From sequence record MK250029.1: a DNA stretch of 64,000 bases; one strand, given 5' to 3'. Each line of letters starts with the position of its first letter. Positions within the stretch are counted from its first letter, which is position 1. The position numbers were made by a program, and so were the translations under genes. Shown here piece by piece: positions 1 to 11,244 of this stretch. The notes under the pieces are model-generated. The model had not been told where the DNA came from, did not search any database, and saw only the letters and a list, made by a program, of their open reading frames with translations.

Positions 1-406
1 CTGAATCTTTTGCGTTTACATATCTTCCAACTTCTAGATTATATCTAAGCAATACATTACTGATACTGAATTCATTAAGTTCATCAATAAATTTCTGCGC
101 ATCATTTAAACGTCTAAAAGATACATGTGTTAAATAAACTTTTGGTTCTTCTGGTTTTTTTGTTTCATAATAAAATGCTACTGTAGATCCTTCTACTTCT
201 GAATGAACTTTTTTATCTACTGCATTTTTAATATCAATATAGCTATTACTGAAGGTTTGCTCTGTTAAATACGATTCACAATATGTTAACATATTTTTCG
301 TTATCTTACCTGCAAGATCAGATGATAAGTCATCTCGGTTATCTACAATATCCTCAAAATCATCATCAAATAAACTTTCAATCAAACGTTTTACACATTT
401 ATTCAT
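1..406 (-). CDS. Hypothetical protein, partial (runs off the left edge)
   Basis: ATG at 406; manually translated frame MNKCVKRLIESLFDDDFEDIVD... has no stop to position 1. Confidence 0.6.
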   Translation of the reverse strand, partial: MNKCVKRLIESLFDDDFEDIVDNRDDLSSDLAGKITKNMLTYCESYLTEQTFSNSYIDIKNAVDKKVHSEVEGSTVAFYYETKKPEEPKVYLTHVSFRRLNDAQKFIDELNEFSISNVLLRYNLEVGRYVNAKDS

Positions 407-448
407 ATTTTATAATTAAAAATTAACTTTTATTATTTATTAAAAAGA

Positions 449-485
449 AAAGGTACAAGTTATATTATCTAACTGTACCTTTTCC
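449..485. terminator. Intrinsic terminator-like hairpin
   Basis: AAAAGGTACA...GTACCTTTT inverted repeat at the end of the 465-1655 gene. Confidence 0.55.
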
Positions 486-1655
486 GAAAGCTTTATTAAT
501 ATCTCGCTTAATTTCTATTATCGTATTCTTTATATATGTTTTATCATAATCCAATATATAATCTTTAAATCTACTACCATTATACTTATATCCTTTAAGT
601 TCATGAAATAACTATAATACACGTCTTAAACAATCTGTATATGTATTATTTTCTATTTTATATACATCTAATACATCATATATTTTTTGTTTTATATCAT
701 TAAACTATTTCTTTAATACATAAAAATCTCCTTCTGTATTATGGATTAACCTGTTAATACCTTTTGATGTATATCCTGTAGATATAAGTAATGCTCTATC
801 TACTAATGTATTATATTTGTTAAATGGTGTTCTTATTTTTAGATTTAAGACTGTATTGAAATTCGTATCTGATTTTTGTCCAAGTTTTTTAAAGGTACCA
901 TCTTTATTAAATTCACAATCAATTGCAATAGGTGCAGGCATAACATATGTTTTAAAATATTCAGCTTCACCTGTTTCTGAATTACAGAAATAAAAGAAAA
1001 ATACAGTAGTAATATTTCGAAGACATGTTTGACATTTATTTTCTTTTATTTCCAACTATCGCATATCATTTAAAATCTAATCAATACCTTTCATTGCATT
1101 ATTAACTTTACCCTTAAATGTATTATCATCAAAGAAACTACATAAAACTGATTTAACTTCTATATATGTTTCATCTCCATTTGGATATGTTAATTTAATA
1201 TCTGGACATTCATTCCTACCATTTGGTTCATGTTCAATTTTATAACCATCGGTTTCTGAAAATATTCTATGTACAATATATTCTGATGTATCATGACATA
1301 AAGTCATAAGCATTGAATCTTTATATAACAGTTTATTTTCATATGACATAAACTATGTTAATGAGCCATTAAATGTAATATCTTCAGTATCTTTATAGAT
1401 TTCTGTAAAATTCGGTTCTGGTAATGAAAGTGTTAAATAATAATCATCCATATAAGTATAAATGGAATTGTACAATTTATAGAACTATCGTTTATACTCA
1501 TCATCAGTAGAATACTCTAACCACTATCGAATACTTTCTTCCAAATCATTTGCTACAAAAATACTATCATCTAATGATGATAGAAACTATCGTCTTTCCT
1601 ATGGATTATTAATACATTTAAGAATACGCTACGGACTTTTTGATTTATTTAACAT
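465..1655 (-). CDS. PD-(D/E)xK restriction-endonuclease-like protein, 396 aa, 10 in-frame TAG
   Basis: One frame from ATG 1655 to TAA 465 if TAG is read through; joins track ORFs 1077-1349 and 705-1055; motif EHEPNG...PDIKLTYPNGDETYIEVKS. Confidence 0.65.
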
Positions 1656-1700
1656 TTTTTATTTTAGATTTATTTTAATACATATTATAATGAAACTGTA

Positions 1701-2060
1701 TTAAAAAGTCTTTTTAAAATTAATCAAAGATTCAGTTATATTTATAATTGTATCTCCTTTATAAACTGTTTCATTGAAATGATATTCATCTATAAGTTTC
1801 CCTTGTTTTGTCCGTATATTTAATTTCACATTAAAATTTAAAACATCATTATCTTCATCAGACACAATTAAATATTCATCATCAAATTTCATAATTACAT
1901 GATGTTCAGAATGTTCGTCTCCTATTAATACATTTAAATTGGTTATACAATAATTTTTAATTTTATTCTTTACAATAACATTAAATCTTTTATCTGATAA
2001 TTTTCGTTCATTATTTTTATTATCATTAAAAATATTTCTTAATAACGTAATCAATTTCAT
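1701..2060 (-). CDS. Hypothetical protein
   Basis: 119-aa ORF ending in TAA. Confidence 0.6.
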   Translation of the reverse strand: MKLITLLRNIFNDNKNNERKLSDKRFNVIVKNKIKNYCITNLNVLIGDEHSEHHVIMKFDDEYLIVSDEDNDVLNFNVKLNIRTKQGKLIDEYHFNETVYKGDTIINITESLINFKKTF

Positions 2061-2145
2061 TTATTCTTAACAATTTATTTTCACCTAAAAATAAAAAGGA
2101 ATATACTATCACAATATATTCCTTTTATTTTATATATTTTGTCTT

Positions 2146-2697
2146 TTATTTATATTTAACCATATAATTAAATACCTGATCAAATGTTGATCCAATTGAC
2201 CAGAATTCTTTTATGTCTTTTATACTTTCATCTGCTACTATAACAGTTGTATCATAAAATTCATTATCATAAACTTCCGTTAACTTTCTTAATTCATCAC
2301 TTATTATACAAATTGTATTTTCTGTTTGAAATTGTCTTGTTAACTTCAATTCTTTATCATCATTATATAAATTATATGGATATTCTTTATAAATGTCGAT
2401 AATAGGATTTATAGCAATGAGATTTCCATCATAAAAAGATTGTAACCAGAAGTATGCTGCAGGTCCATCTGTTATAACACATGCATATTTGTCTATACAT
2501 GCATATATAGTTTCAGAATCAATTTCCATCTGTATGTTTTCTGGTACATAATTATATTGTTTCTGTATATCATTAAATAGTTTAAAGACTATATCATAAT
2601 TATCACCATAACAAAATTTTATTTGTTCTATAAACATATTATAACGTTTATCAGTATTATAATCATGATCAAGAATAATTAAGATTTTTTGTTTCAT
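2146..2697 (-). CDS. Hypothetical protein
   Basis: 183-aa ORF ending in TAA, followed by a hairpin at about 2095-2126. Confidence 0.7.
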   Translation of the reverse strand: MKQKILIILDHDYNTDKRYNMFIEQIKFCYGDNYDIVFKLFNDIQKQYNYVPENIQMEIDSETIYACIDKYACVITDGPAAYFWLQSFYDGNLIAINPIIDIYKEYPYNLYNDDKELKLTRQFQTENTICIISDELRKLTEVYDNEFYDTTVIVADESIKDIKEFWSIGSTFDQVFNYMVKYK

Positions 2698-2847
2698 AAT
2701 TCAAAACATATTTTAATTTTAACTATGTTTGACATCGTTTTTAAAAATAAACAATTAATATTTCATTTTTATCCTAATTATTACTAAAAATACATATATA
2801 TAATATTTATTTAATAAACAATTGTAAACTTTACACTTATTAAAAAT

Positions 2848-3711
2848 ATGAAGATAATAGATTTTACGCAATATAAAAATGTTTATTTCTTTGGTGATCC
2901 ACATGGAATAAACATAATTTATGATATATTACGTTCATATGTAAATGAAGATAATATATCAGATAATTCCGTTATATTCTCTTGCGGAGATAACGGTGTC
3001 GGTTTTTATGATATTAAAACAGATTCTAATAAGTTGAAACTATGTAATGATATATGTATCAAACATAATATTCAGTTAATATTAATACGCGGTAATCATG
3101 ATAATCCTGATTTATATAAAGAATCATCACCTTTGAATAAAAGTAATATATCATTAGTTGATGATTTCACTGTAGTTAAAACAGCAGATTATAATATCAT
3201 ATGTATAGGTGGTGCAATATCAATAGACAGAACAGATCGAGTTCTTAATAAAACATATTGGAAAAATGAAGGAACAAGAATATTAGATGATGAATTAAAA
3301 GAAGAAATTAAATCATTAGATTTTAATATTGATATTGTTTGTTCACATAATTGTCCTACATATCAGAAACCAAGAGATGAATATCCATTAACATCTGATA
3401 ATCCATTGTTTAATTGGTCCATATGGGACTCAAAACTTTTAGATGATAACTTTATAGACCGCAGTAATTTGGATGCGATACACAAAGAATTAAGTATGTC
3501 TAACAAGATTAAATACTGGATCTATGGTCATTTTCATAATCATTATGATTCAATAGAGAATAATCCTAAATTTATTTGTCTTGACATGTATTATAAGAAT
3601 ATAAAAATACTAAAGAAAACTAATAACTCTTTAATATATAAAACAGGTCCTGATATTTTAGATATACATAATATCTATAAGTTTAATCAAATTAAAATAA
3701 AAGAAATTTAA
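2848..3711 (+). CDS. Calcineurin-like metallophosphoesterase
   Basis: Motifs GDPHG, GD, RGNHD, SH, GHFH. Confidence 0.9.
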   Translation: MKIIDFTQYKNVYFFGDPHGINIIYDILRSYVNEDNISDNSVIFSCGDNGVGFYDIKTDSNKLKLCNDICIKHNIQLILIRGNHDNPDLYKESSPLNKSNISLVDDFTVVKTADYNIICIGGAISIDRTDRVLNKTYWKNEGTRILDDELKEEIKSLDFNIDIVCSHNCPTYQKPRDEYPLTSDNPLFNWSIWDSKLLDDNFIDRSNLDAIHKELSMSNKIKYWIYGHFHNHYDSIENNPKFICLDMYYKNIKILKKTNNSLIYKTGPDILDIHNIYKFNQIKIKEI

Positions 3712-3718
3712 TATACAA

Positions 3719-4069
3719 ATGGTAACAATATTTATAGGGTTTATAGGATTTGTATTATGTCTTATACAATTAATCATATTTGATTGGTTCACTAAAAAAT
3801 TTACATATACAAATAAATGGTTTATATATAATAATTTAGAAAAAAGAGAAGATTCAAAGCCAATAAAAATAAAACGGTATTGGTATATCTTATATTGTAT
3901 ATGTATGTTAATACCTATAGTTAATTTATTTTTATTCATAATCTGTTTCTTCATGTCATTCATGATGAGAATGGATTATAATTACTATTATAATGGAAAT
4001 AATATTACAGTATTAACATTAATAAAATTTAAAAATAAATTAAAATATTATTTAAATACAGAAGTATAA
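3719..4069 (+). CDS. Small membrane protein
   Basis: Two hydrophobic segments in 116 aa. Confidence 0.6.
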   Translation: MVTIFIGFIGFVLCLIQLIIFDWFTKKFTYTNKWFIYNNLEKREDSKPIKIKRYWYILYCICMLIPIVNLFLFIICFFMSFMMRMDYNYYYNGNNITVLTLIKFKNKLKYYLNTEV

Positions 4070-4071
4070 AA

Positions 4072-4116
4072 ATTAAGGTTCTAATCTTATTCATAAAAGA
4101 TTAGAACCTTAATTTT
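4072..4116. terminator. Bidirectional terminator between convergent genes
   Basis: AATTAAGGTTCTAATCTT...AAGATTAGAACCTTAATT long inverted repeat. Confidence 0.7.
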
Positions 4117-4137
4117 ATTATAATTATATGATAAATG

Positions 4138-4956
4138 TTAAATAACACATTTTTCACCACAATATGGACAGAACTTAAATTTTGAATTAAGTTTTCTTCC
4201 ACAATTAGTACAATATATTTTATTCAAATCACTTGTCGTATATGGTTTCCTTGATTTAGGAAGAATCTTTATATATTCTGTTTTAAATGGATAATTTTCA
4301 AATTCATTATTTACTGTTTCAAATTTCTGATTTGAATAACCACCATTTTCAATTCTACCTGTTTCAATAGTAGTATTATTAACATTAGTTTTATATAAAG
4401 CTTTATTATATGTATTTCCATCAATACTTGCACAACAACAGTTAGTAACATTATTTGTTAATAAAACATTATTATTAGTATCTGAACATGTAACTACAGT
4501 ATCATAACTTGGAACAGTATATGTATTTTGATTAGAAATTAATGGACTCTCTTTCCATAAAACATTTAATGTATTATAAATATTTGTTTTAATTCTTGAT
4601 GATACTCTTTCTTTATAAAACTTTACAGTAATATTACCATTATTCGCAATAGCATGTTTTACCTGTACATCATTATCATCTACTTCATAAGTAGAAAATT
4701 TAAATTTAACCTGATTATCCAAATAACGTTCTAACCATACTCTCTCACCTGGTTTCAAAACTAACATACCATCCATATCTTTACCATTAAATGTAAATGT
4801 AACACCAACAGTAAACTGTTCAGGATTAAATAACTGAATTTGGAATTCATCATTATTGTCCATATAAACAACACGTGAATCTTCATTTGTAGAATACTCT
4901 TTCAAAAGAGATTTGTTAATAGCTAACTAAGCCATCTTCTTTTCATTAATAATCAT
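4138..4956 (-). CDS. Hypothetical protein with C-terminal zinc ribbon; TAG at codon 10
   Basis: C-terminal CTNCG...CPYCG; the frame extends past the TTG at 4905 through TAG (4927-4929) to ATG 4956. Confidence 0.7.
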
Positions 4957-5696
4957 AAGTCATATATAATTTATTTTAAACTTATCTATTAAACTTTCAA
5001 TTCTATACAAAATTTCAAAAGTACTTGAATAATACTCAGTCTAATAGAAATATCATTATCTAATTTTAATTGTAATAGATATAAATTAAAAAATAATTTT
5101 TCAAATATAAATATCTATCTTTAACTTAATATACTATATTAATTATACTACAATATTTATAAAAAGTTTATATTTACTAATAAATTTTAAAAAATAATTT
5201 AATGAATAAAAAATATTTACATTTCCGAAAGACTTACCTTACTAAATTCATTAAATTATTAAAAATTATAAATAAATTTTTTACATANNNNNNNNNNNNN
5301 NNNNNNNNNNNNNNNNNNNNNNNNNNNNNNNNNNNNNTGAGTTCTGAGAAAAAGTCTACATTTTTTCTAAATATTTTTAAATTTCATTAAAAATAATTTA
5401 TAACTAATTAATATTCAATAAATTAAATAAATTAAATAAAATATTTTTCATATAAATTAATATAAAATAAAAATTCAGATCTAAATTATATAAATTTAAA
5501 TCTGAATTAAAAATAAAATTTTTTCATATATTATATATAATATCTATCTCAANNNNNNNNNNNNNNNNNNNNNNNNNNNNGAGCTTTCTAGAAAAAGTCT
5601 ACATTTTTGAGAATTATTTTTTAACTATTTTTAATGATATTTTTTTAAACTTTACAAATAATATCTAATATAACTATAGAAAATTAATTTAATTTA

Positions 5697-6236
5697 ATGG
5701 ATATGGATTTTAATACTAAAGTATAGTTTACGAGAACACGTAATGTAAAGATGCCTAATAGAGCAAATAAGCATGATGCAGGTACAGATTTTTTTGTGCC
5801 TTATTATAATTAGGAGTTTCTTGTTGATTTGATTAAGAAGAATACAGGTAATAAGATTTTCTATAAGATTGAGAATGATGATTTGTTTATCACTATTCCG
5901 GCTGGTGAACAGGTAATGATTCCATCAGGAATCAAGGTATGGATTAATGATAAGAGAACATATCTTCAGGCAACTAATAAATCTGGTGTTGCTTCAAAGT
6001 ATCATCTTGATGTTATGGCAAATACTATTGATGCAGATTATCAGGGAGAAGTTCATATTAATCTTTGTAATAATGGTAATACAGACATTACCGTTCAGAC
6101 CGGTCAGAAACTTGTACAGTTTATTCATCAGATTTATCTTGATACTGATTGGGTTGAAATGGATGAGAAAGAATATGATGAGATTGAAGTATCAGACAGA
6201 GGTGATGGAATGGCAGGTTCTACCGGAACATTCTAA
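5697..6236 (+). CDS. dut: Trimeric dUTPase; TAG at codons 10 and 39
   Basis: Read-through restores motif 1 (PNRANKHDAGTDF); also KSG, NTIDADYQGE, QKLVQ, RGDGMAGSTG. Confidence 0.92.
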
Positions 6237-6259
6237 AAAAATAAAATATATTTAAGAAT

Positions 6260-6781
6260 ATGAATAAGCTACGTAATTTCGAGTTTGAATATAATGGAGA
6301 AAAATATTGGTATTCACGTTCTATAACAGTTGCAACTTGTATTTTCTGTAAGGATTCAGACGGAAATTGGTGTGCATTAATTAATAAAAGAGGTAAAGGT
6401 TGTCCGACTGCTGTTGGAAAGTGGAATGTGCCTGCAGGATATTTGGATCATGATGAAGATATATGTTCATGCGGTATGAGAGAAACATATGAAGAAACTG
6501 GTCTTATTATTCCAAGGGTATTAATGAATTTTTACGCAATTAATTCAGTTCCAGATACAAAACGACAAAATGTAAATGTGATATATTATGTTGTTCTTCC
6601 TGGTGTTATTGATGATTATCAGTTAACAACTGAACATTCAGAACCAGATGAAGTAGATGATATAATGTTTATACCAATATCAATGATATTTACATCTGAT
6701 ATACAGATTGCATTTAATAATGATAACATTTTATTGGACGTATATAATAAGATTATCATTAATCATAATAAAAGTAAGTAA
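6260..6781 (+). CDS. Nudix hydrolase
   Basis: Nudix box GYLDHDEDICSCGMRETYEETG. Confidence 0.88.
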   Translation: MNKLRNFEFEYNGEKYWYSRSITVATCIFCKDSDGNWCALINKRGKGCPTAVGKWNVPAGYLDHDEDICSCGMRETYEETGLIIPRVLMNFYAINSVPDTKRQNVNVIYYVVLPGVIDDYQLTTEHSEPDEVDDIMFIPISMIFTSDIQIAFNNDNILLDVYNKIIINHNKSK

Positions 6782-6842
6782 TTTTTTATCCTTGAATTAT
6801 TTTATAATAGTTCAAGGATTTTTTATTATAAATTATTTAATG

Positions 6843-6850
6843 TATCTTTG
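6843..6850 (+). promoter_or_regulatory. Bacteroidota-type -7 promoter element TATCTTTG (copies at 6843, 9645, 10040, 29340, 39709)
   Basis: Matches the TAnnTTTG consensus; four of five copies share the extended GTGTATCTTTG; all are intergenic, upstream of small genes. Confidence 0.65.
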
Positions 6851-6907
6851 TAAAAGTAAACAAAATAGTTTTTTACTATTATAATAATTTATAATTGATA
6901 AAAAATA

Positions 6908-7306
6908 ATGGTTATGGGACTTAAATTTAAAAATCAAAATCCAATTTCTGATAATAATACATTAAAAGTATATTTCTGTACAGAGGATGTACATAATGAT
7001 CCGGATGATGCATGGTCAGATGAACTTATTACTATAGTATATCATATTGCGGCAGCAACAGTAGATGATGCGATTGATATTTGGATAGAAAAATATTCTG
7101 ATATTACATGGAAAGATAAAACAAGAGAGGATTTTAACAGACAAGATTATTGGGATGCATGGATAGATCATAACAGGGAAAAAACTTATAATGTATACTT
7201 AAATAAAATTTTAAAATTAAAAAGGAAACTAAGTAAATCAATGATAGAAATTCCAGGTATTTTTTATATTGGTAAACCTTGTGTACTTTTAAAATCAAAA
7301 CTATGA
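6908..7306 (+). CDS. Hypothetical protein
   Basis: 132-aa ORF after promoter motifs. Confidence 0.6.
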   Translation: MVMGLKFKNQNPISDNNTLKVYFCTEDVHNDPDDAWSDELITIVYHIAAATVDDAIDIWIEKYSDITWKDKTREDFNRQDYWDAWIDHNREKTYNVYLNKILKLKRKLSKSMIEIPGIFYIGKPCVLLKSKL

Positions 7307-7698
7307 AACTAAAAATTAATATAGAAAAATATTCAAACTATTCATCAGATAGTGATAAGGAAGTTAGCACGAAGGAAATTGAATTTGATGATAAAATGTT
7401 TGATGAAATAACAAGACCTTTAAAAACAAAAAAGAAAGTTAAGAAATGTTTATGGTGTGCAACATTTGATGATAGACTTATTGTGAATTATAAGGGTAAA
7501 CATACATATACAAGTGAAAAGAAACTTTATAATGGAATCATCGCAAATTTTGAACAATTATTTAAACATTATAAGATAGATGATTATAAATATGAACCAT
7601 TAACTTATATTCAATATGATTTTAAAGAATTGTTAGATAGACTTTTGAAAGAAAACAGAATAAAGTTTCATAGTATTGTTTTAGAATCAATTGAATAA
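7303..7698 (+). CDS. Hypothetical protein
   Basis: ATGA overlap with the upstream gene suggests a start at 7303. Confidence 0.6.
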   Translation: MKLKINIEKYSNYSSDSDKEVSTKEIEFDDKMFDEITRPLKTKKKVKKCLWCATFDDRLIVNYKGKHTYTSEKKLYNGIIANFEQLFKHYKIDDYKYEPLTYIQYDFKELLDRLLKENRIKFHSIVLESIE

Positions 7699-7701
7699 TA
7701 T

Positions 7702-8358
7702 ATGAAAAATATAGAAATTTATTTACCAGAATATATCAGACAACATTATATCTTATCATTTATGTACGGATCATTTGTTTATGGTACAAATACAGATAAA
7801 TCAGATAAAGATATAATTGTTATCGTTGATGATAATATTGAATTAGAAAATTCTGTTAATGGAATTAAGGAAATTTTTGTAATTGATGGAATAACTGAAT
7901 ATGATTTTCAGATTATCAATAACAATACATTCAAAAAGATGCTCTACGAACATCATATAATCGCCGTAGAGAGTTTATTTATGTCATCTGATATGTATTC
8001 AAGTATTGAACTTTTTAACTCGTTATACGCGAAATATTTCATTCTTGATAAATGGAAATTGCGGCAGGTTATTTCAAAAATAGTTGGAAATTCTTATGCG
8101 AAATGTCATAAGAAGTTAACAGTAGAAAAAGATTATGATTTATATAGATCACAAAAATCATTATATCATTGTATACGATTATATATGTTTGGAATTCAAA
8201 TAGGAAAAACAGGAAAGATATATGATTATAGTGAAGCAAATCATTATTTAAAAGAAATATTAGATAAAAAATATTCATGGGAACAATATAAAAAAGAATA
8301 TAAACCATTACTTAATAAATTAAGAAGTGAAATGGTTTTATATTGTCCTAAACCATAA
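7702..8358 (+). CDS. Pol-beta-superfamily nucleotidyltransferase
   Basis: YGSFVYGTNTDKSDKD motif (GS...DxD) plus a helical C-terminal region. Confidence 0.75.
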   Translation: MKNIEIYLPEYIRQHYILSFMYGSFVYGTNTDKSDKDIIVIVDDNIELENSVNGIKEIFVIDGITEYDFQIINNNTFKKMLYEHHIIAVESLFMSSDMYSSIELFNSLYAKYFILDKWKLRQVISKIVGNSYAKCHKKLTVEKDYDLYRSQKSLYHCIRLYMFGIQIGKTGKIYDYSEANHYLKEILDKKYSWEQYKKEYKPLLNKLRSEMVLYCPKP

Positions 8359-8505
8359 AAATAAAAAAATATTTGAAAAAAATTATTTAAAAACTAAACT
8401 TTTTAAATGATATTCAATATTATATATGTTACTTGTGTGAATATCAAGTAATTAATTTTTAATTTTAATATTTTAGTTAATAACAAATTTTAAATTTTTT
8501 AAAGT

Positions 8506-9555
8506 ATGAAGAAGTTTATTTTTATGCTTATTGCAATGTTTACATTTGCAATTGGTTCAATTAACGCACAGACACAGAATGACTATGCAGGTTCTAGTAA
8601 GTTTACTGATAATGTTTCAGTAACACTTCAGGGTGGTGTTCTTACATCATTTGATAATTTTTATAGTGGTCATACTGCAATGGCACCTATTGTTTTGATT
8701 GGTGCAGATAAGTATGTAACTCCTTGGTTGGGATTTGGTGTAGAAGGTCGTACACTTATTGGTACAGGTCATGGTAGTTATAATACATATACTGCTTTTG
8801 ATTATGTTAATGTAAGTGGTCTTGCAAAGGTTAATCTTGCTAATGCATTTAAGTTTGATGGAACACGTAAGTTCTTTGAGCCTGTTGTTTATACAGGTCT
8901 TGGTTGGGGACATCAGACAGCAAGTTATGGAGATAATCACAATAATTGGATGACTTATCGTGCAGGTGCAGAGTTTAATTTTAATCTTGGTGAGGATCGT
9001 GCATGGGGTATTGTTGTAAATCCATCAGTTGTTTGGAATGACATTGACAATGGTAAGCTTGTAAAGAAGAACGGTAGTTTTGAGATTACAGCAGGTGTTG
9101 TTTATCGTTTCAAGAATTCAAATGGAAAGCGTTCATTTGCTAAGGCACATCTTTATGATGCAGCAGAGGTTGCAGCTCTTAACAAGAAGATTAATGAGCT
9201 TGAATCACGTGAACCTGTTGTAATTGAGAAGATTGTAGAGAAGCCTGTTGCAACTAATACTGTTGCAGGTGTTGGCTCAAATGTGTTTATTGCTCCATTT
9301 AAGTTTAATAGTTCTGAGCTTTCTGATAAGTGTAAGTCAGTACTTGATAATATTGCAGAGGGCACAACAGTTGTAATTGATGCATATGCATCTTCTGAGC
9401 CAAAGAGTTCTGCAAAGTATAATACAAAGCTTTCTGTAGAGCGTGCAAATGCAGTTAAGAAGTATCTTGAGTCACGTGGCGTTAAGGTAACAGATACCAC
9501 AGGACATGGTATGGATGATGATTTTGGTCGTGTTGCTATTGTTACTGTAAAGTAA
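8506..9555 (+). CDS. ompA: OmpA-family outer membrane protein
   Basis: Signal peptide, beta-barrel-type alternating strands, C-terminal FKFNSSEL...YAS...NTKLSVERANAVKKYL. Confidence 0.88.
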   Translation: MKKFIFMLIAMFTFAIGSINAQTQNDYAGSSKFTDNVSVTLQGGVLTSFDNFYSGHTAMAPIVLIGADKYVTPWLGFGVEGRTLIGTGHGSYNTYTAFDYVNVSGLAKVNLANAFKFDGTRKFFEPVVYTGLGWGHQTASYGDNHNNWMTYRAGAEFNFNLGEDRAWGIVVNPSVVWNDIDNGKLVKKNGSFEITAGVVYRFKNSNGKRSFAKAHLYDAAEVAALNKKINELESREPVVIEKIVEKPVATNTVAGVGSNVFIAPFKFNSSELSDKCKSVLDNIAEGTTVVIDAYASSEPKSSAKYNTKLSVERANAVKKYLESRGVKVTDTTGHGMDDDFGRVAIVTVK

Positions 9556-9589
9556 TAAAAGTAGTTTAAAGTTTAATAATAATTTAATT

Positions 9590-9628
9590 TTAGTGTGATT
9601 AGAATTTATTTCTAGTCACACTTTTTTA
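9590..9628 (+). terminator. Intrinsic terminator after ompA
   Basis: AGTGTGATTAGAA...TTCTAGTCACACT followed by a T-run. Confidence 0.7.
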
Positions 9629-9688
9629 TTTTATAATAATTGTGTATCTTTGTAATATAATATATTGTTTAAACAGAAGTTATTTAAT

Positions 9689-10015
9689 ATGATAAAATTT
9701 AAAAATCAAACATCAAATAATACTATATCATCAGATGTAATTAAAGATTTAATAGATACATTACCAACTACAAAATCACCAATATTTAAAACGAAGAATT
9801 TTACTATTCGTGATTTACGTATTGGAAGTATTATACGTATTCATTTATGTAATGATTCCCGTGGTGATAAAGGATATGTTACAACAGAAATTGTTGCATT
9901 ATTTAATTCAATGGGACAACATATATATAATTCTAATGCAGATTTTGCAATTGTATATGAAGGTATAGTATGGACTGCAAATTGTACACAAATAGATAAA
10001 ATAATTTCGTATTAA
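9689..10015 (+). CDS. Hypothetical protein
   Basis: ORF after the TATCTTTG element; ATG 9689 preferred to TTG 9665. Confidence 0.6.
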   Translation: MIKFKNQTSNNTISSDVIKDLIDTLPTTKSPIFKTKNFTIRDLRIGSIIRIHLCNDSRGDKGYVTTEIVALFNSMGQHIYNSNADFAIVYEGIVWTANCTQIDKIISY

Positions 10016-10076
10016 TTTTTTTATTCAAAAATAAATGTGTATCTTTGAGATGTAACAAATAAAACAATAGAAAATT

Positions 10077-10502
10077 ATGAATAAGATTTTTATAACATTG
10101 ATTTTTAGTTTTGTATGTATGTTTGCTAATGCAACATCACATAATAAATTACATATCGGATATGATAAAGATATGTGTAGCGATTATTATGTTCTTTCTA
10201 TAAAGAAAGATACTGTATACGTTACATATTATGAATATGAACAAGGTACATTTGTATATTATGATGGTTTAAATGATTTTGCATCATCACGCCTTACGCC
10301 ATTGATGAATAAGTTGGTTAATATTCATACAACTAAAGTTAATAATATAAAGAATGAATATGAAAATCTTCTTATTGATATTAATGTAGTAAATCCTACA
10401 TATCATAAATGTAAAAACAATTATATTGCATTTTATGAAATGGGTATATTATATAATAAAATAGGAAATCTTATTGATAAAGTAAAAAAAATTACAAAAT
10501 AA
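10077..10502 (+). CDS. Hypothetical exported protein
   Basis: N-terminal signal-peptide-like MNKIFITLIFSFVCMFANA. Confidence 0.6.
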   Translation: MNKIFITLIFSFVCMFANATSHNKLHIGYDKDMCSDYYVLSIKKDTVYVTYYEYEQGTFVYYDGLNDFASSRLTPLMNKLVNIHTTKVNNIKNEYENLLIDINVVNPTYHKCKNNYIAFYEMGILYNKIGNLIDKVKKITK

Positions 10503-10510
10503 AAATAATT

Positions 10511-10684
10511 ATGGAAGTTAATATTACAGAAGAAAAGTTTAAAGCATATAGAGAATTACAAAATTCTGGAGAAATTAATATGCTTGATTATATTAATGGA
10601 TGTAAACTTACTGGTCTTAGTAAAGAAGAGTATATTGATATTATCCATAATTATAATACATATAGAGAAAAATTTAATATTTAA
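10511..10684 (+). CDS. Small hypothetical protein, 57 aa (not in the ORF track)
   Basis: MEVNITEEKFKAYRELQNSGEINMLDY...; fills the gap between neighbours. Confidence 0.6.
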   Translation: MEVNITEEKFKAYRELQNSGEINMLDYINGCKLTGLSKEEYIDIIHNYNTYREKFNI

Positions 10685-10702
10685 TTATAAAAATTATATT
10701 TC

Positions 10703-11224
10703 ATGAGTAAAGTATTTTATCCTACAAATCTTGGAGGTATGTCAATTAATTGGGTTGATTATCTTGGAAGTACGAAGAATTCTACAAATAAGAGTGAACT
10801 GCTTATTGACCATATTGCAACAATGAGTAATGAAAATAATGGTAAAGATGTTTATATGAATTTCTTTGAAGAGATTGATCGTATAGATGATGAGACTGCA
10901 CAGAATCAATATAAGACATTTTTGCGAATTAATATTACAGAAGCTATTAAGCATGATCTTGAGTGGATGGAAATGAATAATAAAAGTATCAATGATCCAA
11001 CGAATTCACATTATATTAATCTTGAGTCTTTGAGTATTACTGATATTGATGTTAATGATGATTTTAAGTTCATCCGAATTCATTATGATTTTTGTCAGAA
11101 TCATTTTGCATGTTCATGCAGTCGTCGTAGAATGGTAGGTGCTGTATATCGTTTGCATGCACTAACTTCTAATAAGAATGAATTGTTTGCATGTTCATGG
11201 GATGGACCTATTGTTTTTTGGTAA
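10703..11224 (+). CDS. Hypothetical protein
   Basis: 173-aa ORF. Confidence 0.65.
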   Translation: MSKVFYPTNLGGMSINWVDYLGSTKNSTNKSELLIDHIATMSNENNGKDVYMNFFEEIDRIDDETAQNQYKTFLRINITEAIKHDLEWMEMNNKSINDPTNSHYINLESLSITDIDVNDDFKFIRIHYDFCQNHFACSCSRRRMVGAVYRLHALTSNKNELFACSWDGPIVFW

Positions 11225-11244
11225 AATTAAATTTAAATAGATAT

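Noticed and set aside
5202-5390. Track ORF spanning the N-gap
   Set aside because: Artefact of undetermined bases
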